A DNA stretch of 64,000 nt from Vicugna vicugna (taxonomy: Eukaryota): the NCBI GenBank assembly GCA_013265495.1, contig MU058844.1, forward strand, positions 7,439,260 through 7,503,259, given 5' to 3'. The first letter of the stretch is position 1; each line of letters opens with the position of its first letter. The position numbers were made by a program, and so were the translations under genes. Positions 1 to 14,165 of the stretch are shown here, piece by piece. Below the pieces are notes generated by a model. The model did not search any database. It worked only from the letters and a program-made list of their open reading frames with translations, and had not been told where the DNA came from.

Positions 1-19
1 GTGTTGTAACTGCTTGAGT

Positions 20-408
20 TTGGCATGTGAGACAGTCATTAAACCGTTCATCATCTGGCCATCTTCCTTGTGGACACGTGATCCAGCTGAATTTTCCCAC
101 CCTATGTGATTTTAGTATGGCCTTGTAATGTCCTATGACATAAAATATAAATAGAAGTGATGGCGCCCTTTCTGATAGAAGCTTTGAGTACCAACTGGTG
201 ATCTGTCATGTTCTCTTACCTCTGCTGATGTGATTTTGGAAACTTCCTTCAGTCTGAGTCTTTGAGCGACTACAACAAGCATAGCCCTAATGCTGGCCTA
301 TGTCATATCTGTACCATGAATGAAGAAACAAAAATTACTGTGTTAAGTTGCTGACATATTGGGGTTGTTTATTACTACAAATTAACCAAGTCCATCCTAA
401 CTTATATA
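20..408 (+). mobile_element. Old MaLR LTR (MLT1-type, MLT1J-like)
   Basis: MLT1-like internal 'atagaagtgatg' block and 3' end 'tgttaagttgctgacatattggggttgtttattacta...cctaacttata'; diverged, ends approximate. Confidence 0.65.
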
Positions 409-589
409 GGAAGAATCTGTTCTTCTTGCAAAATATCTTTTTCTATGACTTTTCCTTCAGTTACCTGTTTCTTGTTTGAACAGCAGTCTGTTTATGCTCA
501 GGTACATGATTGCAATATCATATTCACCGATATGCCACAATAGTTGGAAGGCCAATCCTTATGGAGAATTGAGAGACTTGAAGACTCTT

Positions 590-885
590 TTATCAGAATC
601 ATCTGGGAGATTATGAACAAATACACACTGCAGTCCAACCCAAATCTACTAGATCTAAATCTCTAAGGGTGGGCCATTGAATCTGGACTTTTCACTGATA
701 TATATTTTTTTAATTTGGGGGGGATAATTAGGTTTATTTATTCATTTATTTTAATGGAGGTACTGGGGATTGAATCCAGGACCTTGTGCATGCTAAGCAT
801 GTGTTCTACCACTGAGCTTTACCCACCCCCTTCACTGATATCTTGAAGGAGTCTTACATACAGTAAACTTTGAGAATTAATGCCA
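590..885. mobile_element. MER5A-like hAT-Charlie DNA transposon fossil, split by a SINE
   Basis: 'cagaatcatctgggaga...ctactagatctaaatctctaagggtggg' left of the SINE and 'aaactttgagaatt' right of it. Confidence 0.6.
702..830 (-). mobile_element. tRNA-derived SINE (camelid Vic-1 type)
   Basis: Minus strand reads gggggtgggtaaagctcagtggtagaacacatgcttagcatgcacaaggtcctggattcaatcccc (A and B boxes) then an A-rich tail; 11-bp TSD ttcactgatat at 691-701 and 831-841. Confidence 0.92.
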
Positions 886-1544
886 TGGATAGTAGAAGGC
901 AACATTTATTTCCAGAGCTAAGTCTTGGGCTCAGCCTCCTCCTTGAGGCATAGCAGGAGTTATTCTTAGGCATTGCCTTAATGTCTTTCTGATAAGTGAC
1001 ACCCATAAACAGCAGCAAAAAATTAACTTGAAATGCAAATTAGAAGTTTAAGAACATTTCAGTTTTTAAGATAAAATGAGCAGGATGTAATGAAAAGGCA
1101 TAGTTAGAGAAATGAAATTGAGACTCAGAATGTAATTACTTTCAGATCATGTTCCTTGGGTAAGAATCCAAGTAATATGCTTTCATTATGGAAAATATAT
1201 GGATACAAACTACAGATAAGAAACAAAAATGAGAGAAATAAAAATAAGCTATAATTTGGTATGTCTTTCCAGACTTCTTTTTTCCTTCTTTTGCTGTGAG
1301 AGCTCTACTGGAAATATATTAGCACACATAAAGCATAAATGACATCATACACTAAATACATTTATTAAATATTCTGTGGGCTTTTGTTTCCTTTTATCAT
1401 GTTATTGTTTTTTAACAATATTGTTATGCTTATGGTGGTGAATAACATCTCAGTTGTTTATAATATTATAATGTTTCAATACAATACAATAATTATAATG
1501 TTTCAAGCTTTATAATCCACTATTACCCTCCATAATTTCTCAGT

Positions 1545-1810
1545 TTGAAGGCACCTAGAGCATAATGCGTTTGACAGCAGCTCTGCTACCAGTCCATGTG
1601 ACCCTAATTGAATTACTTAATTCTTCTGAGATTTACTTTTTAATCTGTGTATTACTGGCACCAAACAACCCTTAATTGTCCCCTTCAGTCCTTGCCACGC
1701 CCCTCTAAGGTAAGTGTCTTCACCTCTTTTCATAGAGGAGAACTGGGTCCTCTGGGGATGTCACATAGCCAGTAAATAAAGCCAGCATTGTCTGCCGCTA
1801 AAGCTCCCGC
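1545..1810. mobile_element. Two diverged MIR fragments in opposite orientations
   Basis: 'ctctgctacc...tgtgacc...ttacttaattcttctgag' and 'ttcatagaggagaactgg...gtcacatagccagtaaat'. Confidence 0.55.
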
Positions 1811-4800
1811 CTGTCTCCCACATCTTCAGCATGAGGCCAGTTGTCTTGGTTGTTTTTTTTAAAGAAAATGAACTCAGCCTGCAAATATGAGAAACACATC
1901 ATTGTAAAACTTAAAATATCTTTTGTTTCTTCTTTGGATGGTATAATCAAAAAGATACTATCTTTGGAACAAAAAACTCCCAAGATTCAAATATCCCCTC
2001 TAGCGCTTACTAAGTTCTGTGGCCATGGTCAAGTCCTTTTTCCTGTACAAAGAGGATAGTAAAACTTTTTGAAGTTTTCTTTTAAAGTTGACAGAATAAT
2101 GAATCCAAAGTGCCTAGAGCCGTGTTTCATCCATGGTAAATTTGTGTTGAATTTTACCAGAAGCCATAAGTAGCACTTGACTAACCCGTGTACTTTAAAG
2201 GCATATTTTTAAACACAGGGGATTTTTTTATAGATATGAATAATACTTTACTTCTACTAGATGACATCGTTTTCCACTCCCTTTATCATTTTATAGAATA
2301 TTCCAGTCATAATGATCAAGAGTCTGATGCCTTTATCCAGCACTTATGAATAGGTCTCCGATGTTTACTGCAGTTCTGTAGTTCAGATTACACGAGGGAC
2401 TCATAATTATTGGGTTTACTATGAATCACTACAGATAATTGTGCACGTGCAAAATAATTATAGATAAGTGGTCACCAAGTCTAATAGGTTTATTTTATTA
2501 ACATAGGACACTGATATTTATAAAGTACTGTGAAACTTCCCTCTATGAACAATAAGGATCAAAGAACAAACTGCATTCTTCTTAGAATATAGCTAGGCTG
2601 ACATATAGAAGATTGACTTGATTATAAAAAGGAGCATGCTCTTTGCATTAAATGGTGTATGGCTAAGCAAGCTGGATTCATTTGACTTCCCAGACAGCCT
2701 GAGTTGGATTCAGAAGCAGTTAATTGCCTTGGGGACCTTCCTTTGGCATCTTGCCCAATGGCACTCTTCTTGGGAGGAGCAGCTTCACACTCAGTGCTTT
2801 AAAGCGTCTGGGTTGCTGTTGTTCTGAATGCTACTGCTGACAGATTTACCATCTGCCTTTGAGAAAGACAGAAGTCTGGGGAACTTTGATACTAAAGCAT
2901 TCGCATGATAGGCCTTTGACAGTCAAAAGCTCCCATTAAATAAGAGACCAAAATACATCCCATCTAAACTAAACAAAAAATAAAGCACAAGCTTTATTTT
3001 GATTTTCATCCTCTACAAACGTAGCATGGAAATTCATTGATGATAGTGCATGTATCAAACACTATTGTGCTGCCTACGTGAAGTGCTACACATTTCCATG
3101 TGCAATCTACACAGCCACAAATGAAGGAGGTAGGGTTTTTATCCAAGTGGTCAAAGTCAGTTTACCATAGTAGAGTTTCACTTCTGTGTATGCTGCGTTT
3201 TTAACCATTTTCTCCTGGAAGTTGATGTTCTGAATTGCCTTAGCATAGGTTGATTATTTAAATAATGATGCAGGTGCACAGCATATTTCTAATACAGTAG
3301 ATTTTACAGTCAGGGGAGATTACTCAGAACATGGTTATATTGAGATCAAGAATGCAAATTTGGTTTTTTTCTTGCCTCATTAGCTTGTCCAGAGGAAAAT
3401 GTTATTCAGGGAGCAACTATATCCCTAATCCTTAAAGGTGTCAAAGGTTGGACCAGATACGGTTGACAGAAGTACACTTCGCCTTTAAAGCAACCAGAGT
3501 ACTTGTCACAGTTGTGTGAAAGTACTTTAAAAAGTATAACTATGCAACTTTGAGCTTTATCGTATCTGAAAGATGACAAATTTGGCTAACCTAATGTTTA
3601 TTAACACTTGCAATAGGTTTTTATAATCATTGTGTCTTGCTTTCATAGAGGATTGATAAAATATATGCTCTTAGTAAGTGAGATTGAGTGAGATGTAATA
3701 GGCATGTATAATCATATTTGCACACAACTACAATTATATACACTTTGCTTAAACATTCTTGGCCTGCCCTTTAAACACTCAAATCCTGGTGATCTCAATG
3801 CCATTAATAAGATATCTATGTTAACTTTAAACGGTAATTTAATTTAAAGTCCCTAAACAGAAATGCATGGACACATTTAAAATTGAATTGCATCTTTTAA
3901 AATAGCTCTCTGTGGACATTTCCTTCTGTTCCTTAAAAGGCAGGCACATTCCAGCTGTAAGCATTTGCAGTTGGAATGCGTATTGTGACCGATAGTTGCC
4001 CTGCTTTCTTTTCCCTCGGGGAAATCCACCAACCTGGTTGCAGACTGTCAGTGGGAAGATAGGTAGAATGATTTATAACCAGCCTGTGGCTGTTTATACT
4101 AAAGTGCATATAGCCAAATCACACTGGAGAGGAAAATGGAGTGGATGATATTGATTCATATTTTTTTAGGACAAGCCTTAAACCCCACAAGCACAATCAA
4201 TACTGAGTCTATTAACTCAAAATATGTAGTATACTAATGAACAGCAGAAAAAATTGAGAGCAGTAAAGTAACTTTAAATGTAAAGGAACTACAACATACA
4301 AAGGTGATGTGTGTGAGTCTGAAACTTATGATTTAACATCACTCAGTATCAGTGAAATATACTTTCTGATTATGTTTGAAGACTCTGGCTCCTTTTCTGG
4401 TATCAGGCAAAGAAACAAGTTAATTTATTTATTGGATATAGAAGTTTCCAATAAGTCAAGTCATAGTTAAAGGAAAAGAGAAAATACTTGGGTCAATTAA
4501 ATATAAAGTGATGCGTATGCACGAATCCACAAGAAAGTGGTGTGGTGGCAAGGACTGTGTCCTATGAGTCTAGTTTCACCAATGTGGGGAGAATTCTGGA
4601 TTTGATGATAAATACACCTGAGGACAAGTCTTGATTTGGCCACTTCTAGTGCATCTCCAGATAAGTTGCTTAACTTTTCTTTGCCTCTGAATTCTTACTT
4701 GCAAGATGGGATAATATCACCAATTTCATGTATTTCTTATGAAGTTTAGATAAGAGGAAATGAAGTAGTTGCCACATTGAAAACATTGAATCAGTGCTAG

Positions 4801-5469
4801 TTTCTGTCTTTGCTCCATATTTCACTACTTCTTGAAAATGTCTTAGCCTGACGTTCAAGACTTCCACCCATTCTTCCAGCTGGATGCCTTACAGTGCCCT
4901 ATTCAAAAATCATACTCTCCCTGAATTGGTTGGTAAGTAGTCCTTGACTTTCTTACATTTTATCCAATTCCTACTCGTTTACTTAAAGTAAAAAGCTGTT
5001 TACATCTTTCTCAAGTGAAAACCAGTCTTTTTGTACGTCAGCTGACCAACAATCATTTTGAGTTGTTTAAAGGAGACTACTTGTCAGTCTTTGTTAATCA
5101 GAATGCCTGTGTTTCTCAGGGTTTTTTTTTTTCTCCTTTTAGAAAACAACAACAAACAATTCTACAGAATCTTTTAAATTGAATCTTCAAACTATTTTCA
5201 AGAGCATAATAAACTATTTTTTCTTCTGTTCAGACCATACTCCAATGTCCTAAAGAGACATAAGCATGTTTATGTAGTATGTAGATATAAAATATCAGAT
5301 TTCTGTGTAAGATTTCCCTTACTAAAGGAAATTAAAACCAAAACAAAAAACAAAAAAACAAAAAAATTCTGCCTTGAAGGAGTTCCATATAATGGTACAG
5401 AAATTCAGGTCAGCAAACTGATTAGTTTAAAACTCAGGAATTTTTGGCCTTATGTTAACACTATTTAGG

Positions 5470-5722
5470 TCAGGAGTCCCAAACAAAAGTGTTTTCAAGG
5501 GTAAGAAGAGTAATATAATGGACTGCAGTAGACCAGTAAAATGTTAACAGGGACTGTTGACAACAAAGGCACATTGAAGAGCGCAAATACCATCAGAATT
5601 TATATCTCTGTGTCTCAGGATCTCTGTTTTCTCTGTACCTCTGCATCCATGTAATTGTTCATGACAATTCAAACTGTATCTACAAGCCAAATTCTTCCAG
5701 AATCCGGCCAGATTGTGACCTT
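5470..5722. mobile_element. Possible MER45-like hAT-Tip100 fossil
   Basis: Ends 'caggagtcccaaac' and 'ggccagattgtgacctttg' resemble MER45 termini. Confidence 0.35.
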
Positions 5723-6245
5723 TGTGCTCGTGTAGATAAAACAACAAACACACTCATGAATTTACTTGCAGTTATTGAATATCAAAGGGAAGAGTATTTT
5801 GCCCTGAGACGGTGGAAAAGATTGAATCAGAATTAGAATGATACTATTTCAAATACTCTCCTCTTCCTGGACTCTTCCTCTTCCTTTTTCTGCTCCTTTT
5901 CATGTACATATTCCGTGATCTTCTGTTTTTCTCCCATATTCTAGCAGTACCCAGGCTGGGATCTGGCTTCACGCAGGGAGGCAGATCCCATTTCTGGGAG
6001 CAGAGAGGAGAGAGGGAGAGAGAAGTAGCCTAAGGAAGAGGGATCCTCAGGATGTCCACGCTACATGGGTGTCCTATCAGGGGAGGTTGTCCCCCTTTTG
6101 GGGTAGTTAACAGAAGCTTCCTGTAAGACTCAACAGTGGGGATGCTTTCTGATCACTGCCCTTGTTGCTTAAGCTTGGCCAAGCCATTTTAAATATTGCT
6201 GGGACAGAATTATTTTGTTTAAATATTATGGCAAATTTTATTTTT

Positions 6246-6268
6246 ATATATATATATATATATATATG
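6246..6268. repeat. (TA)n microsatellite
   Basis: Read directly. Confidence 0.95.
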
Positions 6269-7869
6269 TATGATTTGAGCAAGAGTTCATTTTTATAATA
6301 TACAAGTCTGCTGTTCAGCTTTTATACATTGAGCTTTCAGATGGAGTTTCAGGAACATGCTGCATAGAAAGCAGAGGGTTTCCTAAGCTTGCTCTACTTC
6401 CCCTCTCTGTCTCTGACAGTCAAATCCTGTGTATGACTCCCAGCCTGGCTCACTTGTCATTTGACTCCACAGATCCATTCCTGTCTAATCGCAGCACAAA
6501 ATTGCTGGCTCCTCCTGTAAAGCACCTTTTTTTCTTCCTTTTTGTGGCACTTATTTTGTAGCTTATAGCATAATTACTTGTGATTACATCTCATCTCTGT
6601 TCTGATACCACCTACCCAGCGGCCCTAGACATCTCCTCCCCCCAGATGCTCGCTGCTCTATGCTGTAGCAAATACAGAAAAGAGTCATTGGCTGTCTATA
6701 ACACTTTTAGAAATCGATCAGATTAGTCAGATTATCTACAAGATTCTTTTAATAATAGTATGATGGTTGACTAGTTCTCATCAATGTTAAGAATCAGTGC
6801 ATATGAGTCAAATAAGAAGTTGACAGTAATAAACAAACGTAAGTCAACTCACGCACTTATGGCCCCTTTAACTTTAGAACCCCAGGTACTATAGCATCGG
6901 GCAAATTCCTAATATGTATATTTTTCCCTTGGGGATCCGAAGCTGTCTTCTTTGGGGATTGTTAACATTCCACTCAAATGTCCAAGCATGCTTTTATGTG
7001 CTATTCACTCCTTAGCACTCTCTGACACAGAAATTACAAGAAGGTATTTCCTCTATTTTTATCCCAATTCAAAACATAACCTACAAGACTACATTCTTTT
7101 CTGTCTCCTTTTGTGCTTGTACAACTTTAATACATTCAAGCCTTGATGTCATCTTCACTATCTTACGATTTATTGCTACACGTTGGCTTAACTGCCAAAG
7201 CCATTAGGCGAGGTGAACATCCATTTGAGGAGAAAATGCGGTTGTTAATCTCAAAAGAAATATTTGTCAGCCTCTTTCTTAAAATTCAAAATTTTAGCAA
7301 AGCTCATAAAAAGTTCCAAAAAAGTAATTAAAATCTTAAGAACAGGGCTATAATTATGATTTATCAAGGAATACCAACGTAAATTCAATCCACATCTTGA
7401 AATTTGCATTAAAAATAATGCCTCTGTTTTGACAAAAGGTGTCAATAATGAAATAAAAAATAAAGTGAACCAATTTAATCTCCCCTGTAGGAAGCAAATT
7501 AAAGCTTTATCTCATTTCTTACTCAGAAAATTAATAGATTAGAAAAGCAGGCCTTGTAAAAAGCCTCTCTTGCATTATTAAAATGGGCATCTAAAATTGA
7601 AAATAAAAAGTACTTTATGAAAATATTGATGTGGTAATGACTTTGCAATTTTGGAGCACAATGGAAAATCTCTTCTTATAGCTACTATTCCTCTTTGCAT
7701 TGTTGCAACACAGTTTTAAAAATACCACAGTGCATTTCAAAAATACACAAAGCAAAATAATATTAAGAAAGGGAGAAGTAAATTAGGAAAAATGAAAGGA
7801 GCATGATTGGAAGCTTTCATGACTATTGTCAGTAATGTGAAGGAAAATTGAGAGGTTGCAAGCTTTTTA

Positions 7870-8065
7870 TTGAGGAATTAGTGAGTTATCTCATAATTTC
7901 CTTTCAGTATTTTATCCAGCTCCCACAATAAATTGCTAAATTGAGTACTGTCCAGTTTTACAGAGAAGAAAAAAGTGGGTGGCCAGGAGATCCTTGGGCA
8001 TCATTTGTACAAGTTCACACATGGAATAAGTTGCAGACCAGGAGCTAAACCCGTGGCTCTTCTTC
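7870..8065 (-). mobile_element. MIR fragment
   Basis: 'tccagttttacagagaagaaaa...aagttcacacatgg...ggagctaaacccgtgg'. Confidence 0.5.
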
Positions 8066-9399
8066 TCTCACTATTTTTAAATTAATTTTTTCTGAATACC
8101 ACAAAAGCATATAAAGATATTGCTGAATTTAAGGGTCAGTGAATGCCAAAGGACTCATCCGTTCCAATAATGTGATATTAGAAGAACAGTTTGGTAAGAT
8201 TAAAATATACATTATAATAAGGCAAAGAGAGTGAGATATGTAGCTATTTTTCAGATGTTTTTTGTTTCTATGACTGAAGAATATAATATAAAGGTAAATA
8301 TGATAGTATTTAAAAAATTCTTTTGAGAGAAAAGATTGTTAGTAGGGTTGTTTCCAAAAGTTGTTTCAAGGGTTTTTCTGGGACGTTATTTTTATTTCTA
8401 CTTGTCAGTATAATCACAATAGGGCTGCACATAAATGCAGAGGACTTTGATGGCACACTCTTTCAGAAACATGATTCTATGGTATTTTATTATATGTCAC
8501 AAAGTCAAAATTTGTTAAAAAATCAAAAATTTAATTCACTGGAAACTTTAATGAATCATCCCTGTATAAAGATATTTGTCATCCCACTTGTTTTTATGTT
8601 CCTTTAATATGTCAAACATTTTATTCTTATCTGTAGAGCTTTTTTTTTTTACAATTTATCTCACAATTCTTCTATTAAGCTTGCCCTATAGAAAAGAAAA
8701 TGCTTATTTAATTGATTGCTTAAAATATTTAATAAGCACCAGAAAAATGCACTACTCTAACATCTGTGATGTCCATAAATCAGAAGACCAATCAATTATA
8801 TATTCATGGTGTATACATTGTAGTGAGAGACAGTAAAGAAAAATGAAATACTGTACAAAAATAAAATGATACAATTCATTTAATGCAGAATGCTATGATT
8901 CAAAATTAAATGGAGTAAAGGCAAAAAGAATGGTGGGGATTGGTAGTGTTACTTTAGTTTAGGAAATCTGTAGACCTTCACTGAGGATATATCATGTTTC
9001 TTGAGGTCTGATACATACATTCTCCTAATACTAACATACTGAAGGTGACATATGAAGGTGACAAGACTAAATTATCCGTTAAAACTCAAAGTATATAGGG
9101 GATGGGAGATAAATGTCAAAATCTTCATGAGAAAAATAATGTAACACAAGCAGAAAAAATGAGATAAATTAATTATATATTGTATAGAAATTGCCTGGAT
9201 GCTCATCTGTACACAGAGTAAATTTGTCTAATTTCTTTGCAAACAAGTAAGTGTGGCATTGTGACTGGATCCCAGACAGTGGTACCAAGGCAGACGTGCC
9301 ACTTCCAGATCCTGTCCAAAATACTCTCATTTGGAATCTTTCTTACTCTTCTTTTTTGGAGGGATTCTTTGAAATCCCAGAGAAAAATTGTGAGCTATA

Positions 9400-9575
9400 T
9401 GTTGAAAATGACAGAGCCAGGAAATAGAATAAGCTGAGATCCTTGAATCACTAGTTGGAGTGATTGGAGGAGAGCTGATCCGCTAGAACAGCCCACACTG
9501 GGCTGTTATACGTGAGAAAGGACCTTTTATTTCGTTATGCCACTAAGATTTGGAGGTTTATCTGTTATAGTACCC
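9400..9575 (+). mobile_element. MLT1-type LTR 3' fragment
   Basis: 'gggctgttatacgtgagaaa...tatgccactaagatttggaggtttatctgttatag'. Confidence 0.65.
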
Positions 9576-12500
9576 TAAGGAGAAGTAGCCAAACTGCTAG
9601 CATCATTATAGTTAGGAAACAAAAACAAAAATAAAATTGACTGCCAAAAGGGGGAATCAGTAACTGTGGAAACAGAAAAAAAAATGAAAAAGAAAAGGAA
9701 TTGAATTAAAAATATTGTGAGTACTTACCTTACCAGAAGTGGGTTAAGTGTCAAGGAAAAATAGATAATGAAGACAAAGTCTTTGCATTTGCGGTGCTTA
9801 TAGAGTAGAGATAAAATTTTTTAATTTCCATTTAGTGTCTTCCAGGTGAAGCCCTGTTCAATTTCTGGCGCGTGTGTTCCTCAAATATGGAGCTGTAAAC
9901 ATGACAATTATGCCCAACTTGTCATTACGACATTAACTGTCATTAATCTAAGTATATTAACTACTCCCTTTGATGTGACTCCAGCTATCAAGTACCTTAC
10001 TTAGCCTTTTCAAATGTGATATTCCCAGGATGCACACTTGGGAGAGCAGCTGTAAATAACCTAGGCACAGGAAAGAAATACTCAAAGTGTCAATGGCAAG
10101 ATTCAGATTTTGTTTTCTGCTTACTTACTGGTTTGTTTTGGTTTGGGTTGTGGCAGTTATTTGTGGGTTTTATTTCTGTTGATTTACCTCTGTAGGCCTT
10201 CCTTGGTCGGAACAAGATTTGACCGAGATTTTCCATCTGTGAAACATGACTTGGCCAAATGCTGGGTCTTTCTTGATTACATTGCTTCTCCCATCATGCT
10301 TTTCAAACTGCAACATTAACTATACTGTGTAACCTTTTACCACATGCTCTCGGATCATGTTTTAAATAAATCTTTTATTAAGTGGGTTTCATGTTGGACA
10401 TTTCCTGAAATACAAAGAGAATTGTATATGTAGCTATATTAATTAATTTTAGCCAATTGGTGGTCAGTAAAAGTGTTAAAATGACAAGAATAAAATTGTT
10501 CTAAATTCTTAGTGTTTACATAGTTGTTCAGATTTTTCAGAAAATATTAAATAGTAAGTTTGGACAGTGTTGTGAAAAACTTGTGTCAAATAGTATATTG
10601 TAATAAATTCATAGCCTCTCTGAAGTCATTTACTATCTGAATGTTAATGCTAAGTAGTATAGAATTGCTTCCTTATGAAAATGTTTAAGAGTAAACTAAA
10701 GAATTCATTGAGAATACAATTACTTTTGAGAAGCCCATTAAAGTGTGGGTTTAAGGATCCTTGATGATGATTCTATTTTTTTTTTAATTAAATTTCCAAG
10801 ATCAGGAGTAGACTTTGGTGTCAATATCTAAGTTCTTTGTGGTTCATTCCAACTGTAACACCATGAAGTAATTTTAAAACTGCTCTCTGGTGCTCTGATG
10901 TTGAATGCAAATAGAGTAAAAATAATAATATTACTTTTTTTGAACTTCGTTATTTCAGAAATGTTGTTAATTTTATGTATTATCTTATTTAATAATAATA
11001 GAAGTAAGACACCTTACATATGCAAAGTATTGCAAAGTGTTATTATTTCCACTTCACAGTTCAGGATCAGATAGTACAGTAACTTGCTAATTATCAAAGA
11101 GCCAGTGCCATGCACTTGTGTAATTTGGTGATAAAGTAAGAAACTCTACTCTGAAGTGTTTATGAATGAATTCTAGATAATTGTGATAGCCTGGGAGAAT
11201 CATGATTTGACAAGTAATACCATGCTTTCCATTACTTATTAGTAGTTTAAATGCATTCAAAAAATAAACATTTAATAATTTTATGAGTGACTGGAGATGA
11301 CATGTTTAGATTTGAGGCAAATAAATGGCAAAACTAAAAATATTTCCACCAATCAGTAAGTATATATGAAGATCTTTCTGTATGTGTTTGCGTAGTAATG
11401 TGCTGTTTGCCTTCCATAGACATATTTCAAGGGTTTATTAGTGAACCAAAGTAAAATCCAAGGATATTTATCTCGAGTAATATAGTGTACTACTTCTGTG
11501 TTTGTTGATGACAACATGATACTAATTGGTGAATCAGAAAGTACAAAGAAATTACTTAGAATTACGTTACTGGTGAGGCCATGGTATCCTAGGTGTCCTG
11601 AATCTATTTCTCATTGGAGGTTTATACCGACTGTATTTGAACTCCTACTGCTGCCTAAAGGCAGAGGTGGGAATGAGTACATTGTGTATTATCAGGTCCA
11701 TTGCTTTGATAAGCTATCTATATTATTCCTTCTTTTTCTCAGAAACCAAGATTGTCTTAATATTATTGCATTAACCTCCATCTTCTACCTATTTTGTTAT
11801 CTACTCTGTTTATGATCAGAAAATCCTCTCATAGCTACATATTAGAAATATCTTCTAGGGAAATTTTAACCATTAATCTTGAAAGATCAAGCTCCTTTTA
11901 GGTACTTCCCCAGATACACTGCAAGAGTGGTGGAAAAGCACTGGCATTATGTTAATATTATGGTATTATGTTGCTATCAAAACTAACCAACACACACACT
12001 ACAGCTGAAGCGGAAGCCCTGACAGTTTTTTGTTTGTTTGTTTGTTTGTTTGTTTTACTTTTTTGTAATGCAAGTGCCTGACTTAAGCTTTGATTGCAGA
12101 TGCATCCTTTCAAAAAGACATCTCCTTTAAAGACTAAACATTATTGCCAGTCACACCACTTGATAAAGAGTAGGCTGCCTCCCCAAACTGAGACCCCTTT
12201 GTTTTAGAGATCTTGGTTGATTTCAATTGCTGACCATTTGGGCTACTTGGTTTTTTGTTTGTTTGTTATTTTCTGACACTTTAAACGCCCACTCTCATAT
12301 TTTAAATTCACTAATACAGAGTGGGCCCAACAAACCCTAGGCTCCCACTCTGGGCCCCAATATAAGCAGAACTCCAGGCTCAGGCACTTTCTTCCTCTCT
12401 ACCTGCCACCTTGGTGTGTGGCCCCGGGTCTGCTGTGTAATTTCCAGGTGTTATAAGTCACAGAGCTCTTTTTTTTTTTCCAGAGTTTCCTGATAGTTAA

Positions 12501-12585
12501 TGCTGAAGGAAATCTTGCAATCATATTAAGAATCACAAGGACTGGTTGAACCACAACACTGGTTATTGATAGGCTGAAACCAGCA

Positions 12586-12619
12586 CAACACCCACCCACA
12601 CACCCACACACCCACGCGT

Positions 12620-12655
<36 letters not shown>
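12586..12655. repeat. Compound (CACC)n/(CA)n microsatellite
   Basis: Read directly; explains ORF 12399..12653 (MCVCVCV). Confidence 0.95.
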
Positions 12656-12657
<2 letters not shown>

Positions 12658-13642
12658 GCACCTGAAATATCCAGTGGAGCCTCTTTTCATCTGATGTAAT
12701 ATTTACTCTTCGCCTCAATCCCTAACATAACTTTCAGGGTCTGAAGTGAAGTTTTCTAAATGCTAAATATTTAGGAAAATTGATTTTGAAACTAAAAATC
12801 AAAGTGCCCTAAAAAACATCCTGTTATATTGTGTTGTGACAAACAGCTATTTTTGTTTGTGAAATCAATATGATACAGTTTGCTCAACATTTCACCTTCA
12901 GCAGCATGCGCTGGTGACCCTATAAAACTTTCTGATAATCTAGAAACCTTCTAATTGTCTGAAATGGAAAATTCCTGAGACTATATTCATATGGGTAAAA
13001 AAATTAGAAATTTTCACATGGGCCTGGCACTAGTATTTCAACATGTTGATGTGAAGAGTGGAAAGAATAAGAATGGTGTGTCATATACATGTGTGACAGT
13101 TTCCAGAAGTATGGGTCAGTGGGAAATTTTTAACCTCTTTGTGCCTCAGATTTATCGCCTGTGAAGTGGATAAAACCATGCCTACTTCAAATATTGAATT
13201 ATTTTATGCAGGGTGACTGGAGGAAAGGGAATAGGAGAATTACTATCATTATTCTGTTACTTTTAAGATTGGTTCCCACTTTAAACATGTGCTACCCATT
13301 ACAGAGAGTTTTCTCCATTATGGGTTTTTTTTTCATGCTTTTTATTCCTTCTTCTTTACATGTCTCCTTTACACTTATTCTTCAAAGTCATTTTATAGAA
13401 AAGAAGGAATGGAAAAATCCAATAGGAGAGTTGTTCAGAGTTTGAAATGGCAACCACTTTCTTTATCCCCCATAAGCCCAGGAACAATAGTGACAACTAA
13501 AGTACTATGTTCTTCATGGTTTGAGAAATTCTTTAAAAGCTGACTCATTCTTCAAAGTATGAAGGATATTTTCATAATGCTTCACAATATGGTCAATCAC
13601 AGATGTAATAAAGCAAAACCAGAGTGTTAATTACATAAACGA

Positions 13643-14165
13643 TATAGTGGGCACTCTGGCTCACCAGCTTAGCTCTCATGTGCCTTTCCTCCATTCTAAC
13701 AGAACCTTGATTTCACTCTGAATTTCTGCTCTTCACGTGCAGAATCATTTGGCTCAGGGGAAGTCAGCCCCAGAGGTGAGCCGCAGATGGCTTCAGCCAA
13801 TCAATCATTACATTACTTTAGCCAAAGTCACAGGTCCAGTAGAGGCATATGCTAAAGCAACCTATGAAGTTAAAGGTGCTTCATTGGAATACTGAGATTA
13901 AAGCATTCTCTCCACTTTTCCTTCTTCTGGAAGGTGTTACATGTGAAAGTGAACTCGAAACGGCTACAGTTACTTTATCAGCCTCATGAGGACGAAGCCA
14001 CAAACAGAGGAAAGCAGATTCAGTAGAATCACGGGAACTGGAGTCAGAATCTGAAATCTTCCAAACCTCTGGACTTCATGTTATACGAGAGATCGCATTT
14101 CTCATTTTAAAGTCAACTTTGTTTTGTTTTGTTTTTAACTTGCACACAAAGCCATCCTAACTAGT
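13643..14165 (+). mobile_element. MLT1K-like MaLR LTR
   Basis: Start 'tatagtgggcac', 'taacagaaccttgattt', 'ctctggacttcatgttata', end 'aacttgcacacaaagccatcctaacta'. Confidence 0.7.

Noticed and set aside
755..830. tRNA gene (also 42590-42660)
   Set aside because: The tRNA-like head is followed by a SINE body and A-rich tail and flanked by TSDs.
1465..1506. Short direct repeats (attataatgtttcaa x2; similar at ~9040-9063 and ~53491-53521)
   Set aside because: Ordinary slippage duplications with no further structure.
5958..5989. Hairpin gggatctg...cagatccc as pre-miRNA or terminator
   Set aside because: Stem is far too short for a pre-miRNA and expected by chance in 64 kb.
12470..12575. Exon after the strong acceptor (t)n-ccag at ~12483 (similar site at ~56990)
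   Set aside because: No convincing downstream donor or recognisable peptide; poly(T)+AG occurs often by chance.
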